A stretch of 32,000 nt of DNA, from positions 1,170,001-1,202,000 of the forward strand of contig OY970071.1 of NCBI GenBank assembly GCA_963705375.1. The letters are read 5' to 3'. This DNA comes from Candidatus Saccharimonadota bacterium (GTDB lineage: Archaea > Micrarchaeota > Micrarchaeia > Micrarchaeales > Micrarchaeaceae). Positions 8,601-17,391 of this stretch are shown here, piece by piece. Every line of letters begins with the position of its first letter. Position 1 is the stretch's first letter. Both the position numbers and the translations under genes were made by a program. Under the pieces are notes generated by a model. It saw nothing but the letters and a program-made list of their open reading frames with translations, searched no databases and was not told where the DNA came from.

Positions 8601-11123
8601 ACAGAGACTGGAAACTTCGTGATGAAGGATTCGCTGTCCACATCATTCAACTCAGTCCCATCAACATCCTGGACTGTTTACAACACGCTCTCTACTCTGA
8701 CAACGACAGGCGCGACGATCGACAACGGACAGTCCAACACGATAACAGCGAACTGGATCGGCGGAGCGCCAAACTTCGCAGTCACACTGTTCTCAGGTTC
8801 ATCTGCGACATGCTCATCTGACACCACAGTGGTCACAACCACATCAGGTGTCTCGGGACAATCAACGACATTCAGTATCTCTCCAACCAGCAACACATAT
8901 TACTGCATAGGCGTCAAGGACTCTGCGACATCCGCAGTCTCCGCGAACCAGGTCACTGCGATGCAGATAACAGTCAATGCCGCACCGTCAATCTCACAAC
9001 CAACACCTACAGCTGCTAAGGTCGATGTCGGACAGACCCAGACAATATCTGCGACAATAACGGGAGGAACTCCGAACTACGTAGGAAACGCGATCGTAAC
9101 GAACTCAGGGGCGACTACGAACACTATCGCAGTCCTATCTCAGGCAGGAACTGCACTGTCCTCAACATGGACGACCGCTTCCAATGAGATAGGAACAGAG
9201 ACTGGAAACTTCGTGATGAAGGACGCGTTCCCAGTTTCATTCAACTCAGTTCCTTCAACATCATGGACGGTGTATAACACACTCTCCACTCTTACAACCA
9301 CGGGCGCGACAATAGACAACGGCCAGTCCAACACGATAACCGCGAACTGGATCGGAGGCGCACCGAACTTCACAGTGACATTATTCTCAGGTTCATCAGC
9401 GACATGCTCATCTGACACGACTGTCGCGAACACCGCATCAGGCGTCTCAGGTCAATCGACGACATTCGTCGTCTCTCCAACCAGCAGCACATACTATTGC
9501 ATAGGTGTGAAGGACTCTGCCTCTACGGCAGTCTCCGCGAACCAGGTCACTGCGGTGCAGATAGTGGTCAATGCAGTACCTTCCGTATCACAACCGACTC
9601 CGACAAGTGCGAAGGTCGACGTCGGCCAGACACAGACAATAACCGCGACGATAACAGGCGGAACTCCGAACTACGTAGGAAACGCGATCATAACAAAAGC
9701 AGGAGTCCCCACTAACACTATCGCAGTCCCGTCACAGGCAGGAACATCATTGTCCTCAACATGGACGACCGCTTCCAATGAGATAGGAACAGAGACTGGA
9801 AACTTCGTGATGAAGGACTCGCTCTCAACATCATTCAACTCAATACCTTCAACATCATGGACAGTGTACAACACACTTTCAACTCTTACAACAACAGGCG
9901 CGACGATCGACAACGGACAGTCCAACACGATAACCGCGAACTGGATCGGCGGCGCACCGAACTTCGCAGTGACATTATTCTCCGGTTCATCAGCGACATG
10001 CTCATCTGACACGACTGTCGCGAACACCGCATCAGGCGTCTCAGGTCAATCGACGACATTCGTCGTCTCTCCAACCAGCAGCACATACTATTGCATAGGT
10101 GTGAAGGACTCTGCCTCTACGGCAGTCTCCGCGAACCAGGTCACTGCGGTGCAGATAGTGGTCAATGCAGTACCTTCCGTATCACAACCGACTCCGACAA
10201 GTGCGAAGGTCGACGTCGGCCAGACACAGACAATAACCGCGACGATAACAGGCGGAACTCCGAACTACGTAGGAAACGCGATCATAACAAAAGCAGGAGT
10301 CCCCACTAACACTATCGCAGTCCCGTCACAGGCAGGAACATCATTGTCCTCAACATGGACGACCGCTTCCAACGAGATAGGAACAGAGACAGGAAACTTC
10401 GTGATGAAGGACTCGCTCTCAACATCATTCAACTCAATACCTTCAACATCATGGACAGTGTACAACACACTCTCAACTCTTACAACAACAGGCGCGACGA
10501 TTGACAACGGACAGTCCAACACGATAACAGCGAACTGGATCGGAGGCGCACCGAACTTCGCAGTAACATTATTCTCAGGTTCATCATCAACATGTTCATC
10601 TGACACAACTGTCGCGAACACCGCATCAGGCGTCTCAGGTCAATCGACGACATTCGTCGTCTCTCCAACCAGCAGCACATACTACTGCATAGGAGTCAAG
10701 GACTCTGCTTCAACAGCGGTTTCCGCGAACCAGGTCACTGCGGTGCAGATAGTGGTCAATGCAGTACCTTCCGTATCACAACCGACTCCGACAAGTGCGA
10801 AGGTCGACGTCGGACAGACGCAGACCATAACTGCGACAATAACGGGCGGAACACCGAACTACGTAGGAAACGCGATAATAACGAACTCAGGGGCGACTAC
10901 GAACACTATCGCAGTCCCGTCACAGGCAGGAACATCATTGTCCTCAACATGGACGACCGCTTCCAACGAGATAGGAACAGAGACAGGAAACTTCGTGATG
11001 AAGGACTCGCTCTCAACATCATTCAACTCAATACCTTCAACATCATGGACAGTGTACAACACACTCTCAACTCTTACAACAACAGGCGCGACGATTGACA
11101 ACGGACAAAGTCCAACACGATAA
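5556..11123 (+). CDS. giant surface protein, N-terminal portion (signal peptide + A/B Ig-like repeat array), terminated prematurely by a +2 indel near 11107-11113
   Basis: ORF 5517..11123, where the track start is GTG. ATG 5556 gives MDVGLKVQKKASSKNNVLRLVSLSFIIILFLFGTGVSFA, near-identical to the gene 2 signal peptide. No DUF2341/LamG head follows; the sequence runs straight into alternating ~99-aa A (TTGATIDNGQSNTITANWIGG...YYCIGVKD...VQIVVNA) and B (PSVSQPTPTSAKVDVGQTQTITATITGGTPNYVGN...WTVYNTLS) domains. It ends ...TIDNGQSPTR*, where every other copy reads TIDNGQSNTITANW. Confidence 0.8.
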   Translation: MDVGLKVQKKASSKNNVLRLVSLSFIIILFLFGTGVSFAGSSASATNTFGVNALLTSLSTTGATIDNGQSNTITASWTGGTSNFAITLFSGTLSTCSSDTTVANTASGVSGHSTTFVVSPTSNTYYCIGVKDSASTANTANQVTAVQIVVNAAPSISQPTPTSAKVDVGQTQTITATITGGTPNYVGNAIVTKVGVITNTIAVPSQAGTSLTSTWTTASNEIGTETANYVMKDSLSTSFNSVPSTSWTVYNTLSTLTTTGATIDNGQSNTITANWIGGAPNFAVTLFSGSSATCSSDTTVANTASGVSGQSTTFVVSPTSSTYYCIGVKDSASTAVSANQVTAVQIVVNAVPSVSQPTPTSAKVDVGQTQTITATITGGTPNYVGNAIITKAGVPTNTIAVPSQAGTALSSTWTTASNEIGTETGNFVMKDSLSTSFNSVPSTSWTVYNTLSTLTTTGATIDNGQSNTITANWIGGAPNFAVTLFSGSSATCSSDTTVANTASGVSGQSTTFVVSPTSSTYYCIGVKDSASTAVSANQVTAVQIVVNAVPSVSQPTPTSAKVDVGQTQTITATITGGTPNYVGNAIITKAGVPTNTIAVPSQAGTALSSTWTTASNEIGTETGNFVMKDSLSTSFNSVPSTSWTVYNTLSTLTTTGATIDNGQSNTITANWIGGAPNFAVTLFSGSSSTCSSDTTVANTASGVSGQSTTFVVSPTSSTYYCIGVKDSASTAVSANQVTAVQIVVNAVPSVSQPTPTSAKVDVGQTQTITATITGGTPNYVGNAIITKAGVPTNTIAVPSQAGTALSSTWTTASNEIGTETGNFVMKDSLSTSFNSVPSTSWTVYNTLSTLTTTGATINNGQSNTITANWIGGAPNFVVTLFSGSSSTCSSDTTVANTASGVSGQSTTFVVTPSSSTYYCIGVKDSASTAVSANQVTAVQIVVNAGPSISQPTPTSSKVDVGQTQTISATITGGTPNYVGNAIITNSGATTNTIAVPSQAGTALSSTWTTASNEIGTETGNFVMKDSLSTSFNSVPSTSWTVYNTLSTLTTTGATIDNGQSNTITANWIGGAPNFAVTLFSGSSATCSSDTTVVTTTSGVSGQSTTFSISPTSNTYYCIGVKDSATSAVSANQVTAMQITVNAAPSISQPTPTAAKVDVGQTQTISATITGGTPNYVGNAIVTNSGATTNTIAVLSQAGTALSSTWTTASNEIGTETGNFVMKDAFPVSFNSVPSTSWTVYNTLSTLTTTGATIDNGQSNTITANWIGGAPNFTVTLFSGSSATCSSDTTVANTASGVSGQSTTFVVSPTSSTYYCIGVKDSASTAVSANQVTAVQIVVNAVPSVSQPTPTSAKVDVGQTQTITATITGGTPNYVGNAIITKAGVPTNTIAVPSQAGTSLSSTWTTASNEIGTETGNFVMKDSLSTSFNSIPSTSWTVYNTLSTLTTTGATIDNGQSNTITANWIGGAPNFAVTLFSGSSATCSSDTTVANTASGVSGQSTTFVVSPTSSTYYCIGVKDSASTAVSANQVTAVQIVVNAVPSVSQPTPTSAKVDVGQTQTITATITGGTPNYVGNAIITKAGVPTNTIAVPSQAGTSLSSTWTTASNEIGTETGNFVMKDSLSTSFNSIPSTSWTVYNTLSTLTTTGATIDNGQSNTITANWIGGAPNFAVTLFSGSSSTCSSDTTVANTASGVSGQSTTFVVSPTSSTYYCIGVKDSASTAVSANQVTAVQIVVNAVPSVSQPTPTSAKVDVGQTQTITATITGGTPNYVGNAIITNSGATTNTIAVPSQAGTSLSSTWTTASNEIGTETGNFVMKDSLSTSFNSIPSTSWTVYNTLSTLTTTGATIDNGQSPTR

Positions 11124-11955
11124 CAGCGAACTGGATCGGAGGCGCGCCGAACTTCGCAGTAACATTATTCTCAGGTTCATCATCAACATGTTCATCTGAC
11201 ACAACTGTCGCGAACACCGCATCAGGCGTCTCAGGTCAATCGACGACATTCGTCGTCTCTCCAACCAGCAGCACATACTACTGCATAGGAGTCAAGGACT
11301 CTGCGACATCCGCGGTCTCCGCGAACCAGGTCACTGCGATGCAGATAGTAGTCAATGCCGCACCTTCAATCTCACAACCAACACCTACAGCTGCTAAGGT
11401 CGATGTCGGACAGACCCAGACAATATCTGCGACAATAACAGGCGGAACACCGAACTACGTAGGAAACGCGATAATAACGAACTCAGGGGCGACTACGAAC
11501 ACTATCGCAGTCCCGTCACAGGCAGGAACATGCATTGTCCTCAACATGGACAACTGCTTCTAACGAGATCGGAACAGAGACTGCAAACTTCGTGATGAAG
11601 GATTCGCTGTCCACATCATTCAACTCAGTCCCATCAACATCCTGGACTGTTTACAACACGCTCTCTACTCTGACAACGACAGGCGCGACGATTGACAATG
11701 GCCAGTCCAACACGATAACCGCGAACTGGATTGGCGGCGCACCGAACTTCGCAGTAACATTATTCTCAGGTTCATCAGCGACATGTTCATCTGACACGAC
11801 TGTCGCGAACACCGCATCAGGCGTCTCAGGTCAATCGACGACATTCGTCGTCTCTCCAACCAGCAGCACATACTACTGCATAGGAGTCAAGGACTCTGCT
11901 TCAACAGCGGTTTCCGCGAACCAGGTCACTGCGGTGCAGATAACAGTCAATGCCG
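5717..11955 (+). repeat. coding tandem array, 594-bp period (A+B domain pair, 198 aa), about 10.5 copies
   Basis: Unit starts fall at 5717, 6311, 6905, 7499, 8093, 8687, 9281, 9875, 10469, 11063 and 11660; the last interval is 597 bp because of the two indels. Copies 6311-6904 and 6905-7498 read as identical by eye, and the others differ by a few percent. Periodic antisense shadow ORFs in the track (6316, 6910, 7504...) reflect the same period. Confidence 0.95.
11114..11531 (+). other. frame-shifted internal segment of the giant surface-protein gene (normal A10/B10 repeat sequence readable only in the other frame)
   Basis: From 11114 the shifted frame reads NTITANWIGGAPNFAVTLFSGSSSTCSS...MQIVVNAAPSISQPTPTAAKVDVGQTQTISATITGGTPNYVGN...PSQAGT without stops. 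Track ORF 11339..11563 is part of it. It is bounded by a +2 indel (ggacaAAgtccaac, 11103-11116) and a +1 indel (aacatGcattgtcc, extra g at 11532). Confidence 0.8.
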
Positions 11956-14900
11956 CACTAGGAATGCCTTTAATCTCTCCGACAACTGCAACAATCGACA
12001 ACGGCCAGTCGATATCGATGACTGCAAGTGAGACTGGAGGGACTATTCCATACACGTATTCCTGGTACGCACAGACAAGTTGTGGAGGTTCGGTGGTCAA
12101 CACAGGCTCTTCATATTCACCATCTCCGAGCTCAACAACCACTTACTCAATAAAAGTGACAGACAACGCAGGAGCGACATCTTCCTGCTCATCAGGAACG
12201 ACCGTGACAGTTGACACTCCAAGTGCCTTACTGACCGTATCAAACACGATAGCAGACTCAGGACAGTATGAGGTCCTTACTGCGACAGTTACGGGCGGAG
12301 TCGGGCCATACACTGTTAAATTCTACAACATCAGCAAGTCTGCAGTATTCAACACAGTCTCAAGTGTGGCATCTTCAACAACGAACGCATTCGTGGTATC
12401 AAGCCCGACAAACTCGAACACCTTCAACTGGAACGTCATAGTGATAGACACGACTACCTCTGGCTCGTTCACATTCAACTCTCCATCTAATTCGTTCACG
12501 GTCAACACTATGCTTGCAACGCCTTCGATCTCTCCATCGAACCCTGTATTCGATAACGGTCAGTCAACAACGCTTACTGCAATCGAAACAACGAGCGGAA
12601 CGCTTCCGCTTTCGTATCAGTGGTATTCTGATGGTGCCTGCACAACCCCGATAAGCGGTCAGACTGGAGCAACTTACTCGCCAGCATCATCAGGCACATA
12701 CTCTGTCAAAGTGACTGATTCTGCTTCGACTCAAGCATCGCAATGCTCGTCCAGTGACACAGTAACCATAAGTTCATCTGCACTTTCGGCAGGCACGGTT
12801 ACCGAAAGCAACACTGCTATTGATGTTGGCCAGAATTCCCTGCTTACTGCCAATCCAAGCGGTGGCACGGCACCTTATACCTACCAGTGGTATTCTGGTA
12901 CTTCTCCAACTGGTACACTAATATCTGGAGCAACAAGCCAGACCTTGCTCGTAAGCCCATCAGCCACTACAAGCTATTATGCATCCATAACAGACAGTGC
13001 GACAACACACGTTACTTCTAATTCAATTTCAAACACCATAACTGTTTACAACACACCGACCGTGACAATCACCAACCCATCGCTCACAGAAGACGTCGGC
13101 CAGTCCGTGACCTTCACCACAACCAACACACCAGGTTCGGGCTCAGACACATACCAGTGGTACAACACGACTTCCGGCATCGTTCAGATTTCGGGCCAGA
13201 CTGGCACTTCACTTACAGTCTCGGGCGGCGCAATAGGCACCTTCACCTATAATGTTGTCATAACCGATTCTAACGGGGCGAAATCTACGTCTGGTACAGG
13301 TTCTGTTGTAGTTTATGCATTACCGACCGTGACAATCACCAACCCATCGCTCACAGAAGACGTCGGCCAGTCCGTGACCTTCACCACAACCAACACACCA
13401 GGTTCGGGCTCAGATACATACCAGTGGTACAACACAACTTCGGGCGTCGTTCAGATTTCAGGCCAGACGGGCACTTCGCTTACAGTCTCGGGCGGCGCAA
13501 TAGGCACCTTCACCTATAATGTTGTCATAACCGACTCAAACGGAAAGAAAGCAACATCCGGCACAGGCTCTGTTGTTGTAGGTAATGCACCATCTGTTAC
13601 TATAACCAATCCATCTCTTTCTGAAGGGGTGGGTCAAAGTGTGACCTTCACCACAACGAACACTCCCGGTTCGGGCTCAGACACCTACCGTTGGTATAAC
13701 ACGACTTCGGGCGTTGTCGCAATTCCTGGCCAAACTGGCACTTCGCTTACAGTTTCTGGCGGCGCAACAGGCACATTCACCTATAATGTCGTAATAACAG
13801 ATTCCAACGGGGCTAAAGCAGCATCTGGTACAGGGACTGTTGTTGTCACTGCAGCACCAACAGTGACGATAACTAACCCCTCTCTTGCAGAGGGAATTGG
13901 CCAATCTGTGACCTTCACCACAACCAACACACCAGGTTCGGGCTCAGACACCTACCAATGGTACAACACCACTTCTGGCATCGTTCAGATTTCAGGCCAG
14001 ACTGGCACTTCACTTACCGTTTCTGGCGGTGCAATAGGCACATTCACTTACAACGTGATCATAACCGACTCTCACGGCCTGCATTCGTCTTCGAATACTG
14101 GCACGGTTGTTGTCACAAACGCTCCGACAGTCACAATCACCAACCCTTCACTAAACGAGGACATCGGCCAGTCCGTGACATTTACCACAACGAACACGCC
14201 AGGTTCGGGTTCGGACACCTACCAGTGGTACAACACCACTTCAGGCGTTGCCGTAATGTCCGGCCAGACCGGCACTTCTCTCATGGTAACGGGTGGAGCA
14301 ACAGGCACCTTCGCCTATAATGTTGTCATAACTGACTCTGTGGGAAAGAGCGCGACATCGAATGCAGGAACGGTTGTTGTTGGCAACGCACCAACAGTCA
14401 CAATTACCAATCCGTCGCTTTCAGAAGTTGTCGGTCAGAATGTTGTATTCGCCACAACCAACACTCCTGGTTCGGGCTCAGACACCTACCAGTGGTACAA
14501 CACCACCTCTAGCGTTGCCGTAATGTCAGGCCAGACAGGTACTTCTCTGACTGTGCCAGGCGGAGCCACCGGAACATTTACCTATAATGTGGTCATAACA
14601 GACTCCTACGGTGCGAAATCTTCATCGAATACAGGAAACGTTGTAGTCAATGTGTATGTTCCGGGCACCATCTCGGCGCCGACACCAAGTCTATCCGTAT
14701 CTGATGTTGGGCAGTCCGTAGTTTACAATGCGGTCATAACCGGCGGTGCAGGGCCGTTCGTAGCTAACTTCGTATATTCCAATGGCACTGTCGCAAACAC
14801 CTTGTTCGCCAACACTCTGATGAGCTCAAGTGCCAGGTCTTTGACATTCAATTCTATACATCTGTCAACAGGTACCTATACTTACAACATAGTGGTAACA

Positions 14901-17315
14901 GATATCGACGCTCCACCATCTCCGTATGTGTTCAACTCAGTTTCTAACACGATGACTGTCAATCCTGCCTTAAGCTTTAATGTATCCCCGTTCTACAGCG
15001 TCATAGATCCTGGCCAGAACGTTATCTTCACAAATTCGACAACCGGCGGGACCCCCCTATACACCTACACATACCTGACCAATGCCTCTACAACACCGTC
15101 CAATAACGTTTACTCTTTCCCGACATCAGGCACATATTATGTTCTTGAGAAAATAACCGATGCTGCTGGCTCTAATGTTGTCCCGTTCAACTCTATCGTT
15201 TATGTCAGGCCTGTCCTGAAAGTCTCGATCAGCCCACCAAATAGCGTGGTGACCGGTGACGGGCAGACGTACACGTTCTTTGCAAACGCCACTGGCGGAA
15301 TCGGCCCGATGACATACACTTGGAACACCGGTGGCCTTACTGTACAATCAGGATGCGGGACATTGAGTTCTGTCTGTGTGGTCAGCACGACTGGTGCGGC
15401 GTCGGTGTCTCCTTACACAGTCAACGTACAGATCAGCGATTCTAAAGGATACGTTTCGAATACCGCACAGACCTCTCTGACTGTCGGCAGTGCGACTGCA
15501 GGTGAGATACTGCCAGGTAACGAGACGATAGAGAATGGTCAGAGCATTACCATGTCTGTGAACACCGTGTCATTGCCTGGCACAGGGCCTTACACCTATC
15601 AATGGTACCTGAACGGCGCACCTGTAGGCACAAATTCGTCGTCTTACGTGTTCAATGGAAATTCCTCAACACTTGCAGTCTTTAATAATCAGCTCAGTGT
15701 TACAATAACCAGTAACTCTATAAGTCCGATAACGTCACCGTCAGTCTATGTTGCTGTCCAGCCTGCTCTGTCGATAACCTCAATCTCACCATCGTCGACC
15801 GTCAACACTATCGTAGGCAATGGGATAATACCGATATCAGTCTCAACATCCGGCGGATTCGGCACTCTCAACTACTCATGGTCGATGCCAAACGGTGCCG
15901 CATCATGCCCTGGCTACGTAAGCTCAGGTCCTACAGCTAACTCTTTCGTTTACTATCCGTCAGGAAACACCTCTTCCTGCATATTCTCTGTCAGCATCAC
16001 AGACTCTCTCGGCGGCGGACCGGTGACATCCAGCACTCAAACGATCAAGGTCGGAACTGCGCCTCCAGTCTCGATTACAACAACGATACCCCATGGAGGT
16101 GCTGGGTCGACCACCATAGCGCAGTCTTCAACTTCAGCAGCAGCACCGCAGATACAATTGACGCAAACAACCCTGCTCAGCAGCATAACTGCTGGAGCAA
16201 CTAGCGTGTCTGCACTTGGCCTCAAGGATTCGGGAACCGTGCCGGAAGTCGTAAGCCTATCAGTTCCGAGTACCTATTCGAACTTCTTCAACCTTTCCGC
16301 AACAAACTTCCTGTTGCAATCCGGCCAGAGCGTGCTGATAAACATGGCGTTCAACGCGACAAAGGTCGCTCCTGGCCTATACACGATACCTGTGAGCATA
16401 TCCGCAACGACGAGCAGCAGCTCTTCCGTTGCGCGGAGCACACAGGTTATCACCTACAGCGTTGTGAATGTATCAAATCTTGACGTCGTAAGCCAGCAGT
16501 TGTACAGCAATAACAACGTTAGTGTGACAATAGCCATACACAACCCGAAGAATGTAAGCTTAAGGAACGCCACGCTTGAGGTTGTACTGCCGCCATATGT
16601 CGTCACAAACGCCTCACAAATAAAGGTGAATGGCAACGCGACGATAACGTTCGTTAACGGCCAGCCGCACATAACTTGGTCAGTACTCAACGCACCAAAG
16701 AATGGCGCAGCGTTTGTTACTTTCAACATAGCAAAGCCGTCTAACTACCAGCTAATGACTTTGATGCAGAACTTACTCGTGGTGCCCTCTCCTGGCTCAT
16801 TGCAGTTGCTGCAGGTGTTCGACATAAGTGTGCCGACATTGTACACCAGTTCAACGAACCAGATAACGCTGCAGGCGCTGTACACAGGATCGATAAACCA
16901 GGATGTTGACTTCATACTGAGTTCGATAGGCGGCGACATCTCGATAACGAATCCATTATCGACAGTCTATGCGTATCCCCAAGAGCAATTGAACCGCAGC
17001 TTCACCATAATCACCCACAATTCTGTAGGTACTGGCACGTTCCTGCTCACTGTGAGAACGCTAGGCGCAGAGATAAACTACACAATACCTGTTATGATAC
17101 TCCAGAAACCTACGCAGCATCCCGCAAGTGCTGCCGAAGTTCTTAGTGCCTTGGTGGCAAAGTATGGCCGGTATGTGCTGTATGCTTTTGTTGCCGTAGC
17201 TGTGGCTGCTCTAGCCCTCCGTGCGATAAACGAACGCCGCGGTGGAAAGAGGCACCGGTTCAACGAAGAGCTCAGAGAGGTCGGGGGCGAGCTGGCAAGG
17301 TCTAAAAAGTCATAG
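11535..17315 (+). CDS. giant surface protein, C-terminal portion (same frame as 5556..11123): Ig/PKD-like domains, CARDB/NEW3-like modules, C-terminal TM anchor
   Basis: 11535 is only the first in-frame TTG after the second indel, not a real start; 5556 and 11535 are both in frame 0 mod 3. Content in order: the last A domain, diverse ~85-95-aa domains with PKD-like 'Y.Y.WY...G..Y.V.VTD..G' signatures, 6 x 89-aa repeats, then beta-sandwich modules ('LLQSGQSVLINMAFNATKVAPGLYTIPVSISA'). It ends in the TM helix YVLYAFVAVAVAALALRAI plus the basic tail NERRGGKRHRFNEELREVGGELARSKKS*. Confidence 0.8.
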   Translation: MSSTWTTASNEIGTETANFVMKDSLSTSFNSVPSTSWTVYNTLSTLTTTGATIDNGQSNTITANWIGGAPNFAVTLFSGSSATCSSDTTVANTASGVSGQSTTFVVSPTSSTYYCIGVKDSASTAVSANQVTAVQITVNAALGMPLISPTTATIDNGQSISMTASETGGTIPYTYSWYAQTSCGGSVVNTGSSYSPSPSSTTTYSIKVTDNAGATSSCSSGTTVTVDTPSALLTVSNTIADSGQYEVLTATVTGGVGPYTVKFYNISKSAVFNTVSSVASSTTNAFVVSSPTNSNTFNWNVIVIDTTTSGSFTFNSPSNSFTVNTMLATPSISPSNPVFDNGQSTTLTAIETTSGTLPLSYQWYSDGACTTPISGQTGATYSPASSGTYSVKVTDSASTQASQCSSSDTVTISSSALSAGTVTESNTAIDVGQNSLLTANPSGGTAPYTYQWYSGTSPTGTLISGATSQTLLVSPSATTSYYASITDSATTHVTSNSISNTITVYNTPTVTITNPSLTEDVGQSVTFTTTNTPGSGSDTYQWYNTTSGIVQISGQTGTSLTVSGGAIGTFTYNVVITDSNGAKSTSGTGSVVVYALPTVTITNPSLTEDVGQSVTFTTTNTPGSGSDTYQWYNTTSGVVQISGQTGTSLTVSGGAIGTFTYNVVITDSNGKKATSGTGSVVVGNAPSVTITNPSLSEGVGQSVTFTTTNTPGSGSDTYRWYNTTSGVVAIPGQTGTSLTVSGGATGTFTYNVVITDSNGAKAASGTGTVVVTAAPTVTITNPSLAEGIGQSVTFTTTNTPGSGSDTYQWYNTTSGIVQISGQTGTSLTVSGGAIGTFTYNVIITDSHGLHSSSNTGTVVVTNAPTVTITNPSLNEDIGQSVTFTTTNTPGSGSDTYQWYNTTSGVAVMSGQTGTSLMVTGGATGTFAYNVVITDSVGKSATSNAGTVVVGNAPTVTITNPSLSEVVGQNVVFATTNTPGSGSDTYQWYNTTSSVAVMSGQTGTSLTVPGGATGTFTYNVVITDSYGAKSSSNTGNVVVNVYVPGTISAPTPSLSVSDVGQSVVYNAVITGGAGPFVANFVYSNGTVANTLFANTLMSSSARSLTFNSIHLSTGTYTYNIVVTDIDAPPSPYVFNSVSNTMTVNPALSFNVSPFYSVIDPGQNVIFTNSTTGGTPLYTYTYLTNASTTPSNNVYSFPTSGTYYVLEKITDAAGSNVVPFNSIVYVRPVLKVSISPPNSVVTGDGQTYTFFANATGGIGPMTYTWNTGGLTVQSGCGTLSSVCVVSTTGAASVSPYTVNVQISDSKGYVSNTAQTSLTVGSATAGEILPGNETIENGQSITMSVNTVSLPGTGPYTYQWYLNGAPVGTNSSSYVFNGNSSTLAVFNNQLSVTITSNSISPITSPSVYVAVQPALSITSISPSSTVNTIVGNGIIPISVSTSGGFGTLNYSWSMPNGAASCPGYVSSGPTANSFVYYPSGNTSSCIFSVSITDSLGGGPVTSSTQTIKVGTAPPVSITTTIPHGGAGSTTIAQSSTSAAAPQIQLTQTTLLSSITAGATSVSALGLKDSGTVPEVVSLSVPSTYSNFFNLSATNFLLQSGQSVLINMAFNATKVAPGLYTIPVSISATTSSSSSVARSTQVITYSVVNVSNLDVVSQQLYSNNNVSVTIAIHNPKNVSLRNATLEVVLPPYVVTNASQIKVNGNATITFVNGQPHITWSVLNAPKNGAAFVTFNIAKPSNYQLMTLMQNLLVVPSPGSLQLLQVFDISVPTLYTSSTNQITLQALYTGSINQDVDFILSSIGGDISITNPLSTVYAYPQEQLNRSFTIITHNSVGTGTFLLTVRTLGAEINYTIPVMILQKPTQHPASAAEVLSALVAKYGRYVLYAFVAVAVAALALRAINERRGGKRHRFNEELREVGGELARSKKS
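13056..14657 (+). repeat. coding tandem array, 267-bp period (89-aa PKD/Ig-like domain), 6 copies
   Basis: The unit PTVTITNPSLTEDVGQSVTFTTTNTPGSGSDTYQWYNTTSG..QISGQTGTSLTVSGGAIGTFTYNVVITDSNG...VVV recurs at 13056, 13323 and onward. The first two copies are nearly identical at nucleotide level; later copies are more diverged. Confidence 0.9.
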
Positions 17316-17391
17316 GCCTGACGCTTACTAGCATTGCGAAGACCCTACGAAAACTATAAAAACCAAGCCTGGACTTAAATAGCTGAGATAG

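Noticed and set aside
11100-11125. Programmed -1 ribosomal frameshift as the explanation for the first frame break.
   Set aside because: There is no X XXY YYZ slippery heptamer at the shift point (acggacaaagtcc), and I could find no obvious downstream stimulatory hairpin. The second break would require an independent +1 event. Hybrid-allele indels are the simpler explanation. It is kept only as a minor alternative in the finding.
6316-11871. A periodic series of 66-118-aa ORFs on the minus strand and in alternative + frames inside the repeat array (e.g. 6316..6522, 6527..6745, 6910..7116, 9671..10027, 11665..11871), some with Arg/Ser/Cys-rich products.
   Set aside because: They recur with the 594-bp period only because the underlying coding repeat recurs. 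Their products are low-complexity (MCCWLERRRMSS..., ...RRRPDTDNNRDDNRR...) and they lie entirely within a strongly supported + strand gene. They are shadow ORFs.
5717-11955. Regular spacing of near-identical sequence, which could superficially suggest a CRISPR-like or satellite array.
   Set aside because: The period is 594 bp with no short repeat/unique spacer alternation. The whole unit is in one open reading frame encoding two Ig-like domains. No cas genes are present.
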